From contig DATCTK010000012.1 of NCBI GenBank assembly GCA_036567985.1, positions 15,973 through 79,972 on the forward strand: DNA of 64,000 bases, written 5' to 3'. Under the pieces are notes generated by a model. It worked only from the letters and a program-made list of their open reading frames with translations. It was not told the DNA's origin and did not search any database. Positions 11,657 through 22,242 of this stretch are shown in pieces. Numbering within the stretch: the first letter of the stretch is position 1; every line of letters starts with the position of its first letter. Position numbers and translations under genes: made by a program. This DNA comes from Gammaproteobacteria bacterium (GTDB lineage Bacteria; Pseudomonadota; Gammaproteobacteria; SZUA-229).

Positions 11657-11739
11657 CGTAGGTTGGGGTGAGAAACGAACCCCAACATAAACCGACACCG
11701 GCTGTAGCCGTTGGGGTTCCTGCGTCACCCCAACCTACG
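11657..11739. repeat. GTAG-family REP doublet (REPIN-like)
   Basis: cgtaggttggggtgagaaacgaaccccaac (11657-11686) and inverted copy (11710-11739, reverse complement cgtaggttggggtgacgcaggaaccccaac). Confidence 0.8.
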
Positions 11740-11780
11740 GTACTGATTCTCTTTTCGCCCATGTGTTAAAAGGCAAAAGC

Positions 11781-12014
11781 AAAAGAAAACGCGAATGAAC
11801 GCAAATAAACGCAAATAAACCCTAAGGTTTCCATGCATGGGTTTAAAGGCGTCCATTTATTCCGCACATCCTGTGCTCCACCCTTCGGGCCGAGCATTTG
11901 CTCGCTCAAAGTGCTCCTGCACTTTAATATGATGTGCGATGGACTGCTGTATTAAAGCCTGTTCTGAAAAGCGCATGTATTCGCGTTCATTTGCGTTCAT
12001 TTGCGTTTTCTTTT
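11781..12014. repeat. Composite palindromic element: AAAAGAAAACGC-(RAATRAACGC)n arms enclosing GGA-loop hairpins
   Basis: Arms 11781-11817 and 11978-12014 are inverted; inner stem 11851-11944 carries AAAGUGC-AGGA-GCACUUU and GCACA-GGA-UGUGC on the minus strand. Confidence 0.75.
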
Positions 12015-12181
12015 TGTTCAAGCTCACGCTCGAATTGATCCGCCAGTTCACGCCGAATGCGCGCACGGTAGGCATTGCGGGCGTAGTCTCTAATCGAGTG
12101 AGTGTTTTTTTCCAGCTCGTCGGCTTCCCTGCGCAGTTCTTCAATGGCTTCGCGGCGACTGAGTTTTCTCTGTTCCGTCAT
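11987..12181 (-). CDS. 64-aa charged helical hypothetical protein
   Basis: AAGGT RBS-like site upstream of the ATG; E/R-rich helical sequence; last codons and stop lie in a repeat arm. Confidence 0.55.
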   Translation of the reverse strand: MTEQRKLSRREAIEELRREADELEKNTHSIRDYARNAYRARIRRELADQFERELEQKENANERK

Positions 12182-12350
12182 GGGTATTACCTTTTATCTC
12201 AAACGATCTATATTGGCCCGACTATACTGTTATTGGCCAGATCAATTTACATTCAGGCTGTGGGTGTTTATCAGCACCGATGGGCTGAACAGGCAATACC
12301 CCCACATAGAGATAGTTGAATTCCCCTCGACAGCCCTTATAGTTTGTAAT

Positions 12351-12788
12351 ATGACAAGCTATCGACGCCCGGAGTCTGTGCTGGTGGTTGTGTACACTGC
12401 CGAGCAGCAATGCCTGATGCTGCAGCGCAGGCAGCCCGCAGGTTTCTGGCAGTCGGTAACTGGCGGACTGGAAGCGGATGAATCAGCCGACGCCTGTGCG
12501 CAGCGCGAACTGTTGGAAGAAACCGGTATCGATGCACAGCCGCTGAATAGTGGCATTGTGAATCATTTCGAGATACTGCCCCAGTGGCGGCACCGTTATG
12601 ATCCGCAGCACAGCACCAATACCGAATATGTATACAGTGTCTGTTTGCCTGAAAAGCTGACGCCGCGTCTGCATCCACAGGAACATGTCAGCTATGCCTG
12701 GCTGGATGCAGCGCAGGCGATTCAGCGTTGCTTTTCACACACCAATGCGGACGCCATACAACGCATTGTGTTATCAGAAAATGAATGA
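12351..12788 (+). CDS. nudB: Dihydroneopterin triphosphate diphosphatase (NUDIX)
   Basis: RPESVLVV, FWQSVTGG, RELLEETG, SHTNA; follows aspS. Confidence 0.9.
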   Translation: MTSYRRPESVLVVVYTAEQQCLMLQRRQPAGFWQSVTGGLEADESADACAQRELLEETGIDAQPLNSGIVNHFEILPQWRHRYDPQHSTNTEYVYSVCLPEKLTPRLHPQEHVSYAWLDAAQAIQRCFSHTNADAIQRIVLSENE

Positions 12789-12839
12789 AACAACTGACCT
12801 GATCAGTTATTTCCTGCCACAACCGGAAAGAAGATTGTT

Positions 12840-13934
12840 ATGAATGCTGTTGCCATACAACCCTATGCTTTGCTCGACGATGAAGAATGCACTCAACGCA
12901 TTATTGCGGCAAAGAAAAAGCTCGGTGAGCGACTGGTGATTCTGGGGCATCACTATCAGCGTGATGAGGTGTTCGAGCATTCCGACTTTACCGGTGACTC
13001 ACTCAAACTGTCCCGTGCCGCAGCCGCCTCGAAAGCCGAGTACATTGTATTCTGCGGCGTGCATTTTATGGCAGAAGTGGCGGATATACTCTCGCGCCCG
13101 GAACAGATTTCGATTCTGCCGGATATGGCCGCGGGCTGTTCCATGGCGGATATGGCCAACCTGGCCAAGGTGGAAAAAGCCTGGCGTGAACTGTCCACGG
13201 TGCTGGATCCCGACGAGATGGTAACGCCGGTCACCTATATCAACTCCGCTGCGGATTTAAAAGCCTTCTGCGGCAGTCACGGTGGCATTGTCTGTACCTC
13301 CACCAATGCGCGTCATGTGCTGGAATGGTCATTCAAGCAGCGCGAAAAAATCCTGTTTTTCCCCGATCAGCACCTGGGGCGCAATACTGGTGCTGCAATG
13401 GGTATACCACTGGATGAAATGGTAGTGTGGGATTTTGATCAGGAGATGGGCGGACTCAGCCCCGAGCAGATTAAAAACGCCAGGATGATTTTATGGAAGG
13501 GTTTCTGTTCGGTGCATCAGATGTTCACCCCCGAGCAGATTGATAACTTCAAGCAGCAGTACCCCGAGACAAAAGTGATCTCTCACCCGGAGAGCTCCTA
13601 TGAAGTGTGTCAGAAGTCCGATTATGTTGGCTCTACGGAATATATTATTAATACCATCCGCGATGCCGAGCCCAATACCCGCTGGCTGGTGGCGACTGAG
13701 TTGAACCTGGTCAATCGCCTGAAAGAACAGTTTGCTGCTGAAGGCAAACAGGTGCACTTTATGTCACCCACGGTGTGTATGTGCTCAACCATGTTCCGCA
13801 TTGACCCGCAGCATCTGGCCTGGACGCTGGAAAACCTGGTGGAAGGCAATGTGGTGAACCAGATATCTGTGCCCGAAAACATTGCCCGTGATGCTAAACT
13901 GGCGCTGGATCGTATGCTTGAGGTGTCGCCCTAG
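12840..13934 (+). CDS. nadA: Quinolinate synthase
   Basis: ILGHHYQR, CGVHFMAE, AGCSMAD, KGFCSVH, CMCSTM. Confidence 0.95.
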   Translation: MNAVAIQPYALLDDEECTQRIIAAKKKLGERLVILGHHYQRDEVFEHSDFTGDSLKLSRAAAASKAEYIVFCGVHFMAEVADILSRPEQISILPDMAAGCSMADMANLAKVEKAWRELSTVLDPDEMVTPVTYINSAADLKAFCGSHGGIVCTSTNARHVLEWSFKQREKILFFPDQHLGRNTGAAMGIPLDEMVVWDFDQEMGGLSPEQIKNARMILWKGFCSVHQMFTPEQIDNFKQQYPETKVISHPESSYEVCQKSDYVGSTEYIINTIRDAEPNTRWLVATELNLVNRLKEQFAAEGKQVHFMSPTVCMCSTMFRIDPQHLAWTLENLVEGNVVNQISVPENIARDAKLALDRMLEVSP

Positions 13935-14085
13935 GGAGCCTCAATGCATGGCGGGTGTTAATTCATCCGCCATTAATCCCTGCTTTATCCCATAATCTGT
14001 CGTGTCTCTGTCGCGCCGATCCGATATCCCTGTGTATTCCAAGAAATAGCTTTAAACTTCTGTTTTTTTTAGGTATTTTGGCTGA

Positions 14086-14742
14086 ATGAAAGAAGCCGTC
14101 ATACTTGTACATGGAATATGGATGAATGGCGTGGAAATGTTTCGTCTGCGCCAGCGCCTCACCGAGGCCGGCTATGACTGTCACCAGTTTCATTACCGCT
14201 CGCTTAAATGCACCCCGGCAGAAAACGCCGCCCGCCTGCATCACTACCTGCACTCACTGGATGCCCCGGTGGTGCACTTTGTCTGTCACTCACTGGGCGG
14301 GCTGGTATTGCTGCACCTGTTTGATCAGTACATTGTCGAGAAAAAAGGCCGGGTGGTGTTTCTGGGAGTGCCGGTGAATGGCAGCGAAGTGGCGCGGCGT
14401 CTGTCGAGTACCATGCTGACGCGCTGGGCAGTGGGCAAGAGCATTGAGCGTGGCCTGCTGGGTGACCGCCCGGTGTGGATGAAGTGGCGGGATCTGGGCA
14501 TTATTGCCGGTGATTTTCCACTGGGTGTGGGGTTGATGGTGGGTGGTTTAACCCCGCCCCACGATGGCACGGTTGCGGTGGAGGAAACCTATCTCGGCGG
14601 CGCCACCGATTACATTACCCTCACCGTGACTCATCTGGGCATGCTGTATTCCGAACAGGTGGCGACCCAGGTGGTTACTTTTTTGCGCGCCGGAAAATTC
14701 GGTGATGAGGCAACCAATCTATTGCTGGATCCGACGGTTTAA
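14086..14742 (+). CDS. Alpha/beta hydrolase (esterase/lipase-like)
   Basis: LVHG, CHSLGG nucleophile elbow, HDGTV, HLGML. Confidence 0.8.
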   Translation: MKEAVILVHGIWMNGVEMFRLRQRLTEAGYDCHQFHYRSLKCTPAENAARLHHYLHSLDAPVVHFVCHSLGGLVLLHLFDQYIVEKKGRVVFLGVPVNGSEVARRLSSTMLTRWAVGKSIERGLLGDRPVWMKWRDLGIIAGDFPLGVGLMVGGLTPPHDGTVAVEETYLGGATDYITLTVTHLGMLYSEQVATQVVTFLRAGKFGDEATNLLLDPTV

Positions 14743-17132
14743 CGATTTGTAGCCTGGCGCTGTTCGGCTTTGCTGTTCTGTTTGCTAACAGACGGCTGTT
14801 TCTGGTTAAGTGGCTGGGGTACACCGTAATAATAACCCTGGGCAAAATCGATATGCATCTGTTTCAGCAGGCGTTCGGTTGCCTCGTCTTCAACAAATTC
14901 CGCAATGGTCTTCAGGCCCATGGTGTGGCCAATCGAGTGAATGGCTTCAACCATCACCCGCGCGGTTTCATCTTCGGCAATCTGTTTTACAAACATGCCG
15001 TCTATTTTCAGATAATTTATTGGCAGGTTCCGCAGGTAGGCAAAGGAACTGAGTCCGCTGCCAAAATCATCCAGTGCGGTCTGGCAACCCAGTGCCTGTA
15101 GTGCCCTGAGAAACTCGGTGGCATTGTTGAGATTGGCAATCGCCGAGGTTTCGGTGATTTCAAAACACAGACGGCAGGGGTTGATGGTTTTATCGGACAG
15201 GTGTGCAAGAATCTGCGCGGTGAATTTTTCGTCTGCCAGGCTTTGTCCTGAGAGATTGATCGCATACTGCGTATCGCTACTGTCCTGCTTCAGCTGTGCA
15301 ATTACATTACGCACCACCCAGTCATCGATTTTTGGCATTAAATCATAACGTTCCGCCGGGGGAATAAAAGCCATGGGTGGAATCAGCTCGTCGTATTCAT
15401 CGATCATACGAATCAGGACTTCCCTGTGTGCAGGGGCTGTCGGGTTGTCGCTCAGTGCGCAGATGTCCTGTGCGTAAAGGGTAAACCGGTTCTCATTCAG
15501 TGCATCGTTGATGCGATTGACCCACTGCGTCTGTTCGCGTTTTTCGCTGACGTTTTTATCATCATAGGTCACCGTGTGTACGCGATCGCGGCCGGAATGC
15601 TTTGCCATATAGCAGGCGGTGTCGGCCGCATGGTACAGGTTCTCATAGTTCGAGACCTGTGCGGGTGCATCCACCAGGCCGATACTCGCGCCCACACGGA
15701 ATGCCTTGTTACTCCATACAAACTGGTATTCGCGAATCGCGTCAAGAATTTTTTCCGCGATAATTTCAGCGTCGAGGGTGTTGATATTGGAGAGGAACAG
15801 CGCAAACTCGTCGCCGCCAATACGCGCCAGTAAATCGGTCTGGCGTAGTTCGCCCTTTATCTTCTGTGAAATCTGTTTCAGCAGTTCATCGCCTGCGGCA
15901 TGGCCCAGTGTGTCGTTTACAATCTTGAAGCGATCCAGATCCATCACGCACAGCGCATGGGTGGTGCCTTCCGAGTAAAGTGTAAGCGACTGCACCACCT
16001 TGGTTTCAAACTCGCGGCGATTCAGCAGGCCGGTCAGTGGATCATGTCGCGCCTGGTGCTCAATGTGTTTGGCCAGCACTTTTTCCTTGCTGATGTCCTG
16101 GAAGGTGGTGATGGTGCCCAGTACCCGGTTGTGTTCATCCTGAATCGGCGCGATGGTTTGCGAAATATCGATAATGTCATCGTCGGCATTGTAAAGAATA
16201 ATGTCATTGGAGGGCATGCTGTAACTGCCCTTGATCAGGAAGTCGATAATGCAGTCTGCCAGCCAGCGCTGGTTTTTTTCATCATAGGCTTTGTAGACCT
16301 GGGTGATCGGTTTGCCTTTTACATCCTCGGTGATATAGCCGGTGATTTTTTCAGCCACCGGGTTCAGGTATTCAACCCGACCATCCTTGCCGGTGGTAAT
16401 AATCGCATCGCCCACACTGCGCAATGTGATTTGTGCAATTTCCTTTTCCAGAAACAGCTCCCGTTCGGTGCGTGTGCTACGTCGTATAACATAAAAAGCC
16501 ACCAGCAGGGCGAGCAACAGAATCACGGCGAATAGCGCGCTTTGTAATCTCTGTGCTTTTTCGTACTGGGTGGTGGCGTTTTTTCGCGCCTCGAAAATAA
16601 TGGCTTTCTGGTGGTCCAGCAATGACATGAAATTATCAATAATAATGCTCTGTTGCGGGTAGACTTTTTCTATCATCATGCGCTGTGAGACAATGGATGA
16701 TTCGATATCATCGGCCATGGCAACATTCGCCGCTGCTCGGAGCAACAGCTGTGCCTGCTGGGCGGCCTGGTTGATATTGTCCAGATAGGTGGATTCCTGC
16801 TCATTCAGGCCGAGTTCGATAAGGTGTTCGCGGTAGATGGAAAACTGGGTGGCCAGGCTTTCCAGGCTCATATTCATTTCGTCTTTCTTGAATGGATCGC
16901 TTTCGTAACTCATTTGCAGGGTGAGGCGGCTGCGGGTGCGTGCTGTTTCTATCAGGCGCACAACCACGTCCATTTTATCGCTGGCCACCGTGCTACCCTG
17001 AATGGCAGCATAGAAGGTCTGCATCTGTGTATGGCTACTGTAGGCGAACAGGCTTAATAGTAAAATTAAAAAGCCAAAGCCGAGTATCAGCACGCTGATA
17101 GACTCAGACTTGCTTGTTAAAGACGTCTGCAT
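14739..17132 (-). CDS. Membrane PAS-GGDEF-EAL c-di-GMP enzyme
   Basis: Two TM helices, PAS, RQTD I-site plus GGDEF, EVL and DDFGSG motifs intact. Confidence 0.9.
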   Translation of the reverse strand: MQTSLTSKSESISVLILGFGFLILLLSLFAYSSHTQMQTFYAAIQGSTVASDKMDVVVRLIETARTRSRLTLQMSYESDPFKKDEMNMSLESLATQFSIYREHLIELGLNEQESTYLDNINQAAQQAQLLLRAAANVAMADDIESSIVSQRMMIEKVYPQQSIIIDNFMSLLDHQKAIIFEARKNATTQYEKAQRLQSALFAVILLLALLVAFYVIRRSTRTERELFLEKEIAQITLRSVGDAIITTGKDGRVEYLNPVAEKITGYITEDVKGKPITQVYKAYDEKNQRWLADCIIDFLIKGSYSMPSNDIILYNADDDIIDISQTIAPIQDEHNRVLGTITTFQDISKEKVLAKHIEHQARHDPLTGLLNRREFETKVVQSLTLYSEGTTHALCVMDLDRFKIVNDTLGHAAGDELLKQISQKIKGELRQTDLLARIGGDEFALFLSNINTLDAEIIAEKILDAIREYQFVWSNKAFRVGASIGLVDAPAQVSNYENLYHAADTACYMAKHSGRDRVHTVTYDDKNVSEKREQTQWVNRINDALNENRFTLYAQDICALSDNPTAPAHREVLIRMIDEYDELIPPMAFIPPAERYDLMPKIDDWVVRNVIAQLKQDSSDTQYAINLSGQSLADEKFTAQILAHLSDKTINPCRLCFEITETSAIANLNNATEFLRALQALGCQTALDDFGSGLSSFAYLRNLPINYLKIDGMFVKQIAEDETARVMVEAIHSIGHTMGLKTIAEFVEDEATERLLKQMHIDFAQGYYYGVPQPLNQKQPSVSKQNSKAEQRQATNR

Positions 17133-17334
17133 AGGTTGTTTTTTTATAATAGTTGTATGTTTTTACCTGTCACCAGAATAGCATGTTCTGCCAAACTTGG
17201 CTTGTCTCTAAGCCACCGTCAATCGGTACATTGCCTACTACTGGCGGGACAGTATGGTAAACTTCAGCAGAAAATCGCGGGCCGTGTATAAAGCGGCCTG
17301 ACCGCATAATGACCCCGGAACAGCAGATCTCTCA

Positions 17335-17859
17335 TTGACTATTCGAATATTAGGTATTGATCCCGGCTCACGGCAAACCGGCTACGGTGTGATTGATTCC
17401 GATGGCAGGGCTTCGCAGCATGTCGACAGTGGCTGTATTTATGCGAAAGGCGACGATTTTGCCTCACGCCTGGGGTATATCTTTCAGCAGGTGGCCGAGC
17501 TGATCGCAACCTATCAGCCGACTGAACTGTCGATTGAACAGGTGTTTGTAAACAAGAATATCGATTCGGCACTGAAGCTGGGGCAGGCCAGGGGCGCGGC
17601 CATCTGCGCTGCGGTGCAGGCGGGCCTGAGCGTGCACGAATATGCACCCAAGGCGGTAAAGAGTGCGGTGGTGGGCAGTGGTAATGCCAGCAAGGAGCAG
17701 GTGCAGCATATGATGAGCATGCTGTTGCGTCTTGAGCAGGGGCTGCAGGCGGACCAGGCGGATGCACTGGCCATCGCCCTGTGCCATGCGCACAACCGGG
17801 ATCTGGCAGGCAGGATCGCATTGCCGTCACGCCGCCGCAGCCGTGGTCGATGGTTATAG
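17335..17859 (+). CDS. ruvC: Holliday junction resolvase
   Basis: ILGIDPG, IEQVF, LGQARG, DQADALAIA. Confidence 0.95.
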   Translation: MTIRILGIDPGSRQTGYGVIDSDGRASQHVDSGCIYAKGDDFASRLGYIFQQVAELIATYQPTELSIEQVFVNKNIDSALKLGQARGAAICAAVQAGLSVHEYAPKAVKSAVVGSGNASKEQVQHMMSMLLRLEQGLQADQADALAIALCHAHNRDLAGRIALPSRRRSRGRWL

Positions 17860-17893
17860 GCCAGGTATGCTGGCTCAGAGATAAAGATGACAT

Positions 17894-18505
17894 ATGATTG
17901 GTAGAATTTACGGCAAAATTATAGACAAGCAGCCGCCGCAGTTGCTGGTGGATGTGCAGGGGGTGGGCTATGAAATCGATGCGCCCATGTCGACCTTTTA
18001 TCAGCTACCCAACCTGGGCGAGGCGGTGACCCTGCATACCCACCTGGTGGTACGTGAGGATGCGCAATTGCTTTACGGCTTTGCCAGCCTGGCGGAACGC
18101 AGCCTGTTTCGCAGCCTGATCAAGGTGAATGGTGTGGGCGCCAGAATGGCGCTGACCATCCTTTCCGGCATGAGTGCCGATGAGTTTATCGCCTGTGTGC
18201 AGGACAGTGATGCCGCGGCGCTGGTGCGCCTGCCCGGGGTGGGCAAGAAAACCGCCGAGCGACTGATTATCGAGTTACGTGACAAGTTAAAAGACCAGCT
18301 GGGCAGCAGCTCGCCAGTCGCTGGCAGTGCCGCGAGCAGCGTTGCTACAGCCCCCAGTTCGCCGGTGGCGGATGCGGTCAGTGCACTGATCGCCCTGGGC
18401 TATAAGGGCGCAGAGGCCAGTCGTATGGTGCGGGCTCTGGAAACCAGTGATTTGTCGGCGGAAGAGATTATTCGTCTCAGCCTGCAGGCCGCGGCAAAAA
18501 AATAG
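17894..18505 (+). CDS. ruvA: Holliday junction branch migration protein RuvA
   Basis: GVGYE, VNGVGARMAL, PGVGKKTAER. Confidence 0.95.
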   Translation: MIGRIYGKIIDKQPPQLLVDVQGVGYEIDAPMSTFYQLPNLGEAVTLHTHLVVREDAQLLYGFASLAERSLFRSLIKVNGVGARMALTILSGMSADEFIACVQDSDAAALVRLPGVGKKTAERLIIELRDKLKDQLGSSSPVAGSAASSVATAPSSPVADAVSALIALGYKGAEASRMVRALETSDLSAEEIIRLSLQAAAKK

Positions 18506-18572
18506 ACAGCAGGCAGCTACTGCAAACAGCCGTATGTATTCACCTCGCACACAGGTAACTAAGGTATCTTGA

Positions 18573-19622
18573 ATGAATGAACGCATAATCACCCCGCAGT
18601 CCTCCCGCGATGATGAGGCGATAGATCATGCCATTCGTCCCAAATTGCTGGCGGATTACTCCGGCCAGCCGATGGCATCGGAGCAGCTGGATATCTTTAT
18701 TCCAGCGGCGCGCAACCGCGGTGAGGCACTGGATCACCTGCTGATTTTCGGCCCCCCGGGGCTGGGCAAAACCACCCTGGCGCACATTGTGGCCAATGAA
18801 ATGGGGGTTAATCTGCGCCAGACTTCCGGCCCGGTGCTGGAGCGTCCCGGCGACCTGGCAGCACTGCTCACCAACCTGGAACCCCATGACGTACTGTTTG
18901 TGGATGAAATTCACCGCCTGAGTCCGGTAGTCGAGGAAGTGCTTTATCCGGCGATGGAAGATTACCAGCTGGATATTATGATCGGTGAGGGCCCTGCAGC
19001 CCGTTCTATCAAGCTGGATCTGCCGCCATTTACCCTGGTGGGTGCCACCACCCGTGCCGGTTCCCTGACCTCGCCCCTGCGGGATCGCTTTGGTATTGTA
19101 TTGCGCCTGGAGTTTTACAATATCACCGACCTTAGCTCGATCGTGACGCGCTCGGCGCATATTCTCGGGGTCGAGCTGGATGCCGAGGGCGCCGCTGAAA
19201 TTGCCCGTCGGGCACGGGGTACGCCGCGTATTGCCAATCGTTTACTGCGCCGGGTGCGTGATTACGCTGAAGTTAAAGCCGATGGCAGGGTCAATCGACA
19301 GGTGGCTGCGAGTGCGCTGGATATGCTCAAGGTGGATTCCTACGGCTTTGATAATATGGACCGTAACCTGCTCACCACGATTATTGAAAAATTCAGCGGT
19401 GGCCCGGTGGGGGTCGAAAACCTGGCGGCGGCAATCGGTGAAGAGCGAGATACTATTGAAGATGTGATCGAGCCTTATCTGATACAGCAGGGTTTTTTAA
19501 TGCGCACCCCGCGGGGGCGGGTCGCCACCGCAAATGCCTATCGGCACTTCGGCCTTAAGCCGCCGAGCAGTGAAGCGGCGCTGGATCTATTTGCGGATCA
19601 GGTCGATGATGCACCGCAATGA
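18573..19622 (+). CDS. ruvB: Holliday junction helicase RuvB
   Basis: [19 protein letters not shown]. Confidence 0.97.
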   Translation: MNERIITPQSSRDDEAIDHAIRPKLLADYSGQPMASEQLDIFIPAARNRGEALDHLLIFGPPGLGKTTLAHIVANEMGVNLRQTSGPVLERPGDLAALLTNLEPHDVLFVDEIHRLSPVVEEVLYPAMEDYQLDIMIGEGPAARSIKLDLPPFTLVGATTRAGSLTSPLRDRFGIVLRLEFYNITDLSSIVTRSAHILGVELDAEGAAEIARRARGTPRIANRLLRRVRDYAEVKADGRVNRQVAASALDMLKVDSYGFDNMDRNLLTTIIEKFSGGPVGVENLAAAIGEERDTIEDVIEPYLIQQGFLMRTPRGRVATANAYRHFGLKPPSSEAALDLFADQVDDAPQ

Positions 19623-19715
19623 TGTAATGGATGAGTCGCGCTAAACACTATCTGTATCACAATAATCAAATCACAACTTATTAAAATAAACGCAGCTTTA
19701 TGGGTAAAGATATAA

Positions 19716-20135
19716 ATGAACTTTGAATGGCCGCTGCGCGTCTACTACGAGGACACGGACTCCGGTGGTGTGGTTTATTATGCCAACTACCTGAAATTTA
19801 TGGAGCGGGCGCGCACCGAGTTTTTGCGTTCACTGGGGTTTGAGCAGGATCAGCTGATTGAACAGCAGAATATTATTTTTGCAGTGCGTTCAGTGCAGCT
19901 TGATTACCTGAGCCCGGCCCGATTTAATGACAAATTGATAATCACCGCTCAACTGATAGAGCTTAAAAAAGCCAGCATGTTATTTAAACAGACGATTTAT
20001 CGCGAACAACAGGCAGAAAAGATTCTGTGCCAGGGCGAAGTTCGAATTGCCTGCATCAATGCTGCCTCATTTCGCCCGATAGCTATTCCCGAATCTATTG
20101 TACAGCTTGCCAAGGAGACCCCAGGTGTCGACTGA
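19716..20135 (+). CDS. ybgC: Tol-pal associated acyl-CoA thioesterase
   Basis: RVYYEDTDSGGVVYYANYLKFMERAR. Confidence 0.93.
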   Translation: MNFEWPLRVYYEDTDSGGVVYYANYLKFMERARTEFLRSLGFEQDQLIEQQNIIFAVRSVQLDYLSPARFNDKLIITAQLIELKKASMLFKQTIYREQQAEKILCQGEVRIACINAASFRPIAIPESIVQLAKETPGVD

Positions 20136-20883
20136 TCTATCACTTATTAGTTTAATTGCAGAGGCCAGTATTCTGGTGCAACTGGTGATGCTGGCGCTGC
20201 TGGCCGCTTCGGTTATTTCCTGGTTTGTGATTTTCCAGAAAAATAAATTATTCAAAAGTGTGGATGGTGATGCGACACGTTTTGAAAATGAATTCTGGTC
20301 AGGTGGGGATCTGAGCGAACTCTACAGCAAACTGTCGCGCCGTCGGCTGGACCGCGAAGGCATGGAGAAAATATTCGAAACCGGCTTTGCCGAGTTTGCC
20401 CGTTCCTATAAAACCACCACTGATCCGACGCTGATGATGGCGAGTATTCAGCGCGGCATGAAAGTGGTGCTGTCGCGGGAAGAAGACCGTCTCGAATCTA
20501 ACCTTTCACTGCTGGCAACTATCGGTTCGACCAGCCCCTATGTGGGCCTGTTCGGCACCGTATGGGGAATTATGAACTCATTTATCGCCCTGGGCGCGGC
20601 ACAGAATGCGTCATTGAATATGGTGGCACCGGGTATTGCCGAGGCGCTGATTGCGACTGCCATGGGTCTGTTTGCGGCCATTCCCGCAGTGGTTGCCTAT
20701 AACCGCTATGCGGACAAGGTGGATCGTTTTATGGGACGTTATGAAAACTTTATGGAAGAGTTCACCACCGTATTACAGCGCCAGACACAGAAATATATGG
20801 CGCAACAAAAAACGGCTGGCGCAAATAAACCGGTTGATAACAAGGTTGCAGATGCTGTAAGCGATACGCAGGAGACGGTTTAG
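20125..20883 (+). CDS. tolQ: TolQ
   Basis: SPYVGLFGTVWGIM, PGIAEALIATAMGL; GTG 20125. Confidence 0.95.
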   Translation: MSTDLSLISLIAEASILVQLVMLALLAASVISWFVIFQKNKLFKSVDGDATRFENEFWSGGDLSELYSKLSRRRLDREGMEKIFETGFAEFARSYKTTTDPTLMMASIQRGMKVVLSREEDRLESNLSLLATIGSTSPYVGLFGTVWGIMNSFIALGAAQNASLNMVAPGIAEALIATAMGLFAAIPAVVAYNRYADKVDRFMGRYENFMEEFTTVLQRQTQKYMAQQKTAGANKPVDNKVADAVSDTQETV

Positions 20884-21311
20884 TGGCGTCCAGGCGTAAA
20901 CATCGGCCAATGGCGGAAATCAATGTGGTGCCCTACATCGATGTAATGCTGGTGCTGCTGATTATTTTTATGATTACCGCGCCGATTGTGCAGCAGGGGG
21001 TAGAAATCGAGCTGCCACGGCCAAATGTTGCTGCCAAACAAATGTCGCCGGATCAACATGAACCAGTGGTGGTGGCGGTTGATCAAAAGGGTGATTTTTA
21101 TCTTAATATCGGTGACCATCCGGATAAGCCGATTGAAGCAGAATTGTTGGTCAACCGGGTAGCGGCAGTGCGTCAGTTAAAACCCGATGTGCCAGTGCTG
21201 GTGCGGGGTGACCGTGGTGCAGGGTATGGCCAGGTGGTGGATGCCATGGTGTTACTGCAGAAAGCCGGGGTGGAAAAAGTCGGCTTAATGACGGATCAGC
21301 CAGACAATTAA
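20883..21311 (+). CDS. tolR: TolR
   Basis: EINVVPYIDVMLVLLIIFM. Confidence 0.95.
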   Translation: MASRRKHRPMAEINVVPYIDVMLVLLIIFMITAPIVQQGVEIELPRPNVAAKQMSPDQHEPVVVAVDQKGDFYLNIGDHPDKPIEAELLVNRVAAVRQLKPDVPVLVRGDRGAGYGQVVDAMVLLQKAGVEKVGLMTDQPDN

Positions 21312-21312
21312 T

Positions 21313-22242
21313 ATGCACACCAGTCTGTTCTCGCAAATAAAACAATTTCCACGGCTGTTGCTGTTTTCAATTCTGCTGCATCTGTTTCTGCTGGCGATTT
21401 TAATGTTTAGCCTGCAGCATACCTCCGCACCTAAAATGCCGGCAGAGAAAAAAGTCGATACCGTGAAGGCGGTGATCATTGATGCCAGTGTGGTGGAGCA
21501 GGAAGTTCAGAAACTGAAACAGGCGGAAGACAGCGCACGGCAAAAGAAGCTGGAAGAACAGAAAAAGTTACAACAACAGGCGGATGCTGCGCGGCAGAAA
21601 CGATTGCAGGAAGAGAAACGCCTGGCCGAAGTGAAACGCAAGGAACAGCAGCGTAAGCAGGAGCAGGCGAAAAAAGAAAAAGCCGAGCAGCTAAGAAAAC
21701 AGCAGGAACTGGCAAAACTGGAAAAGCAGAAAGCCGAGCTGGAAAAGAAAAAACAGGCCGAGCAACAGCGACTGGCGGAGCTGGAAAAGAAACGTAAGGC
21801 GGAAGAAGCGGCTGCAGAAAAGAAAAAGCGTGAGCAGGCAGAAGCGGCGCGACAGAAAAAACTGGCAGAAGAAGCCGAGGCAAGACGTAAGGAGCAGGAA
21901 GCGGAAATGCGACGCCAGATGCTGGCGGAAGAAGCCCGCATGGCAAAACAGAGTGCAGAAAACCAGCGGCTACTGGCGCAGTATAAATACAGCATTAAAC
22001 GTAAGGTGCAGGATAACTGGCAGCAACCGGTGAATATGACTGCAGGCTGGTCCTGTGTAGTTCTGGTAGAACAGGATCGCTTCGGTGAAGTGCTGAATGT
22101 ACAATTAAAACAATGCAATGGCAGTGAGGCCTTCAAGAGCACGGTAGAGCGTGCGGTACGCAAGGCCTCGCCTTTACCCGAGGCGCCCAATAACGATGTA
22201 TTTGATCGAAAAATAGAATTTATCTTCAGGCCTGATGTATGA
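21313..22242 (+). CDS. tolA: TolA
   Basis: TM anchor with S-x3-H, K/E/A/Q-rich helix, TonB-C-like end. Confidence 0.9.
   Translation: MHTSLFSQIKQFPRLLLFSILLHLFLLAILMFSLQHTSAPKMPAEKKVDTVKAVIIDASVVEQEVQKLKQAEDSARQKKLEEQKKLQQQADAARQKRLQEEKRLAEVKRKEQQRKQEQAKKEKAEQLRKQQELAKLEKQKAELEKKKQAEQQRLAELEKKRKAEEAAAEKKKREQAEAARQKKLAEEAEARRKEQEAEMRRQMLAEEARMAKQSAENQRLLAQYKYSIKRKVQDNWQQPVNMTAGWSCVVLVEQDRFGEVLNVQLKQCNGSEAFKSTVERAVRKASPLPEAPNNDVFDRKIEFIFRPDV

Noticed and set aside
21500-21960. K/E/A/Q-rich repetitive DNA and long antisense ORFs
   Set aside because: Normal TolA helical domain; the antisense ORFs are shadows
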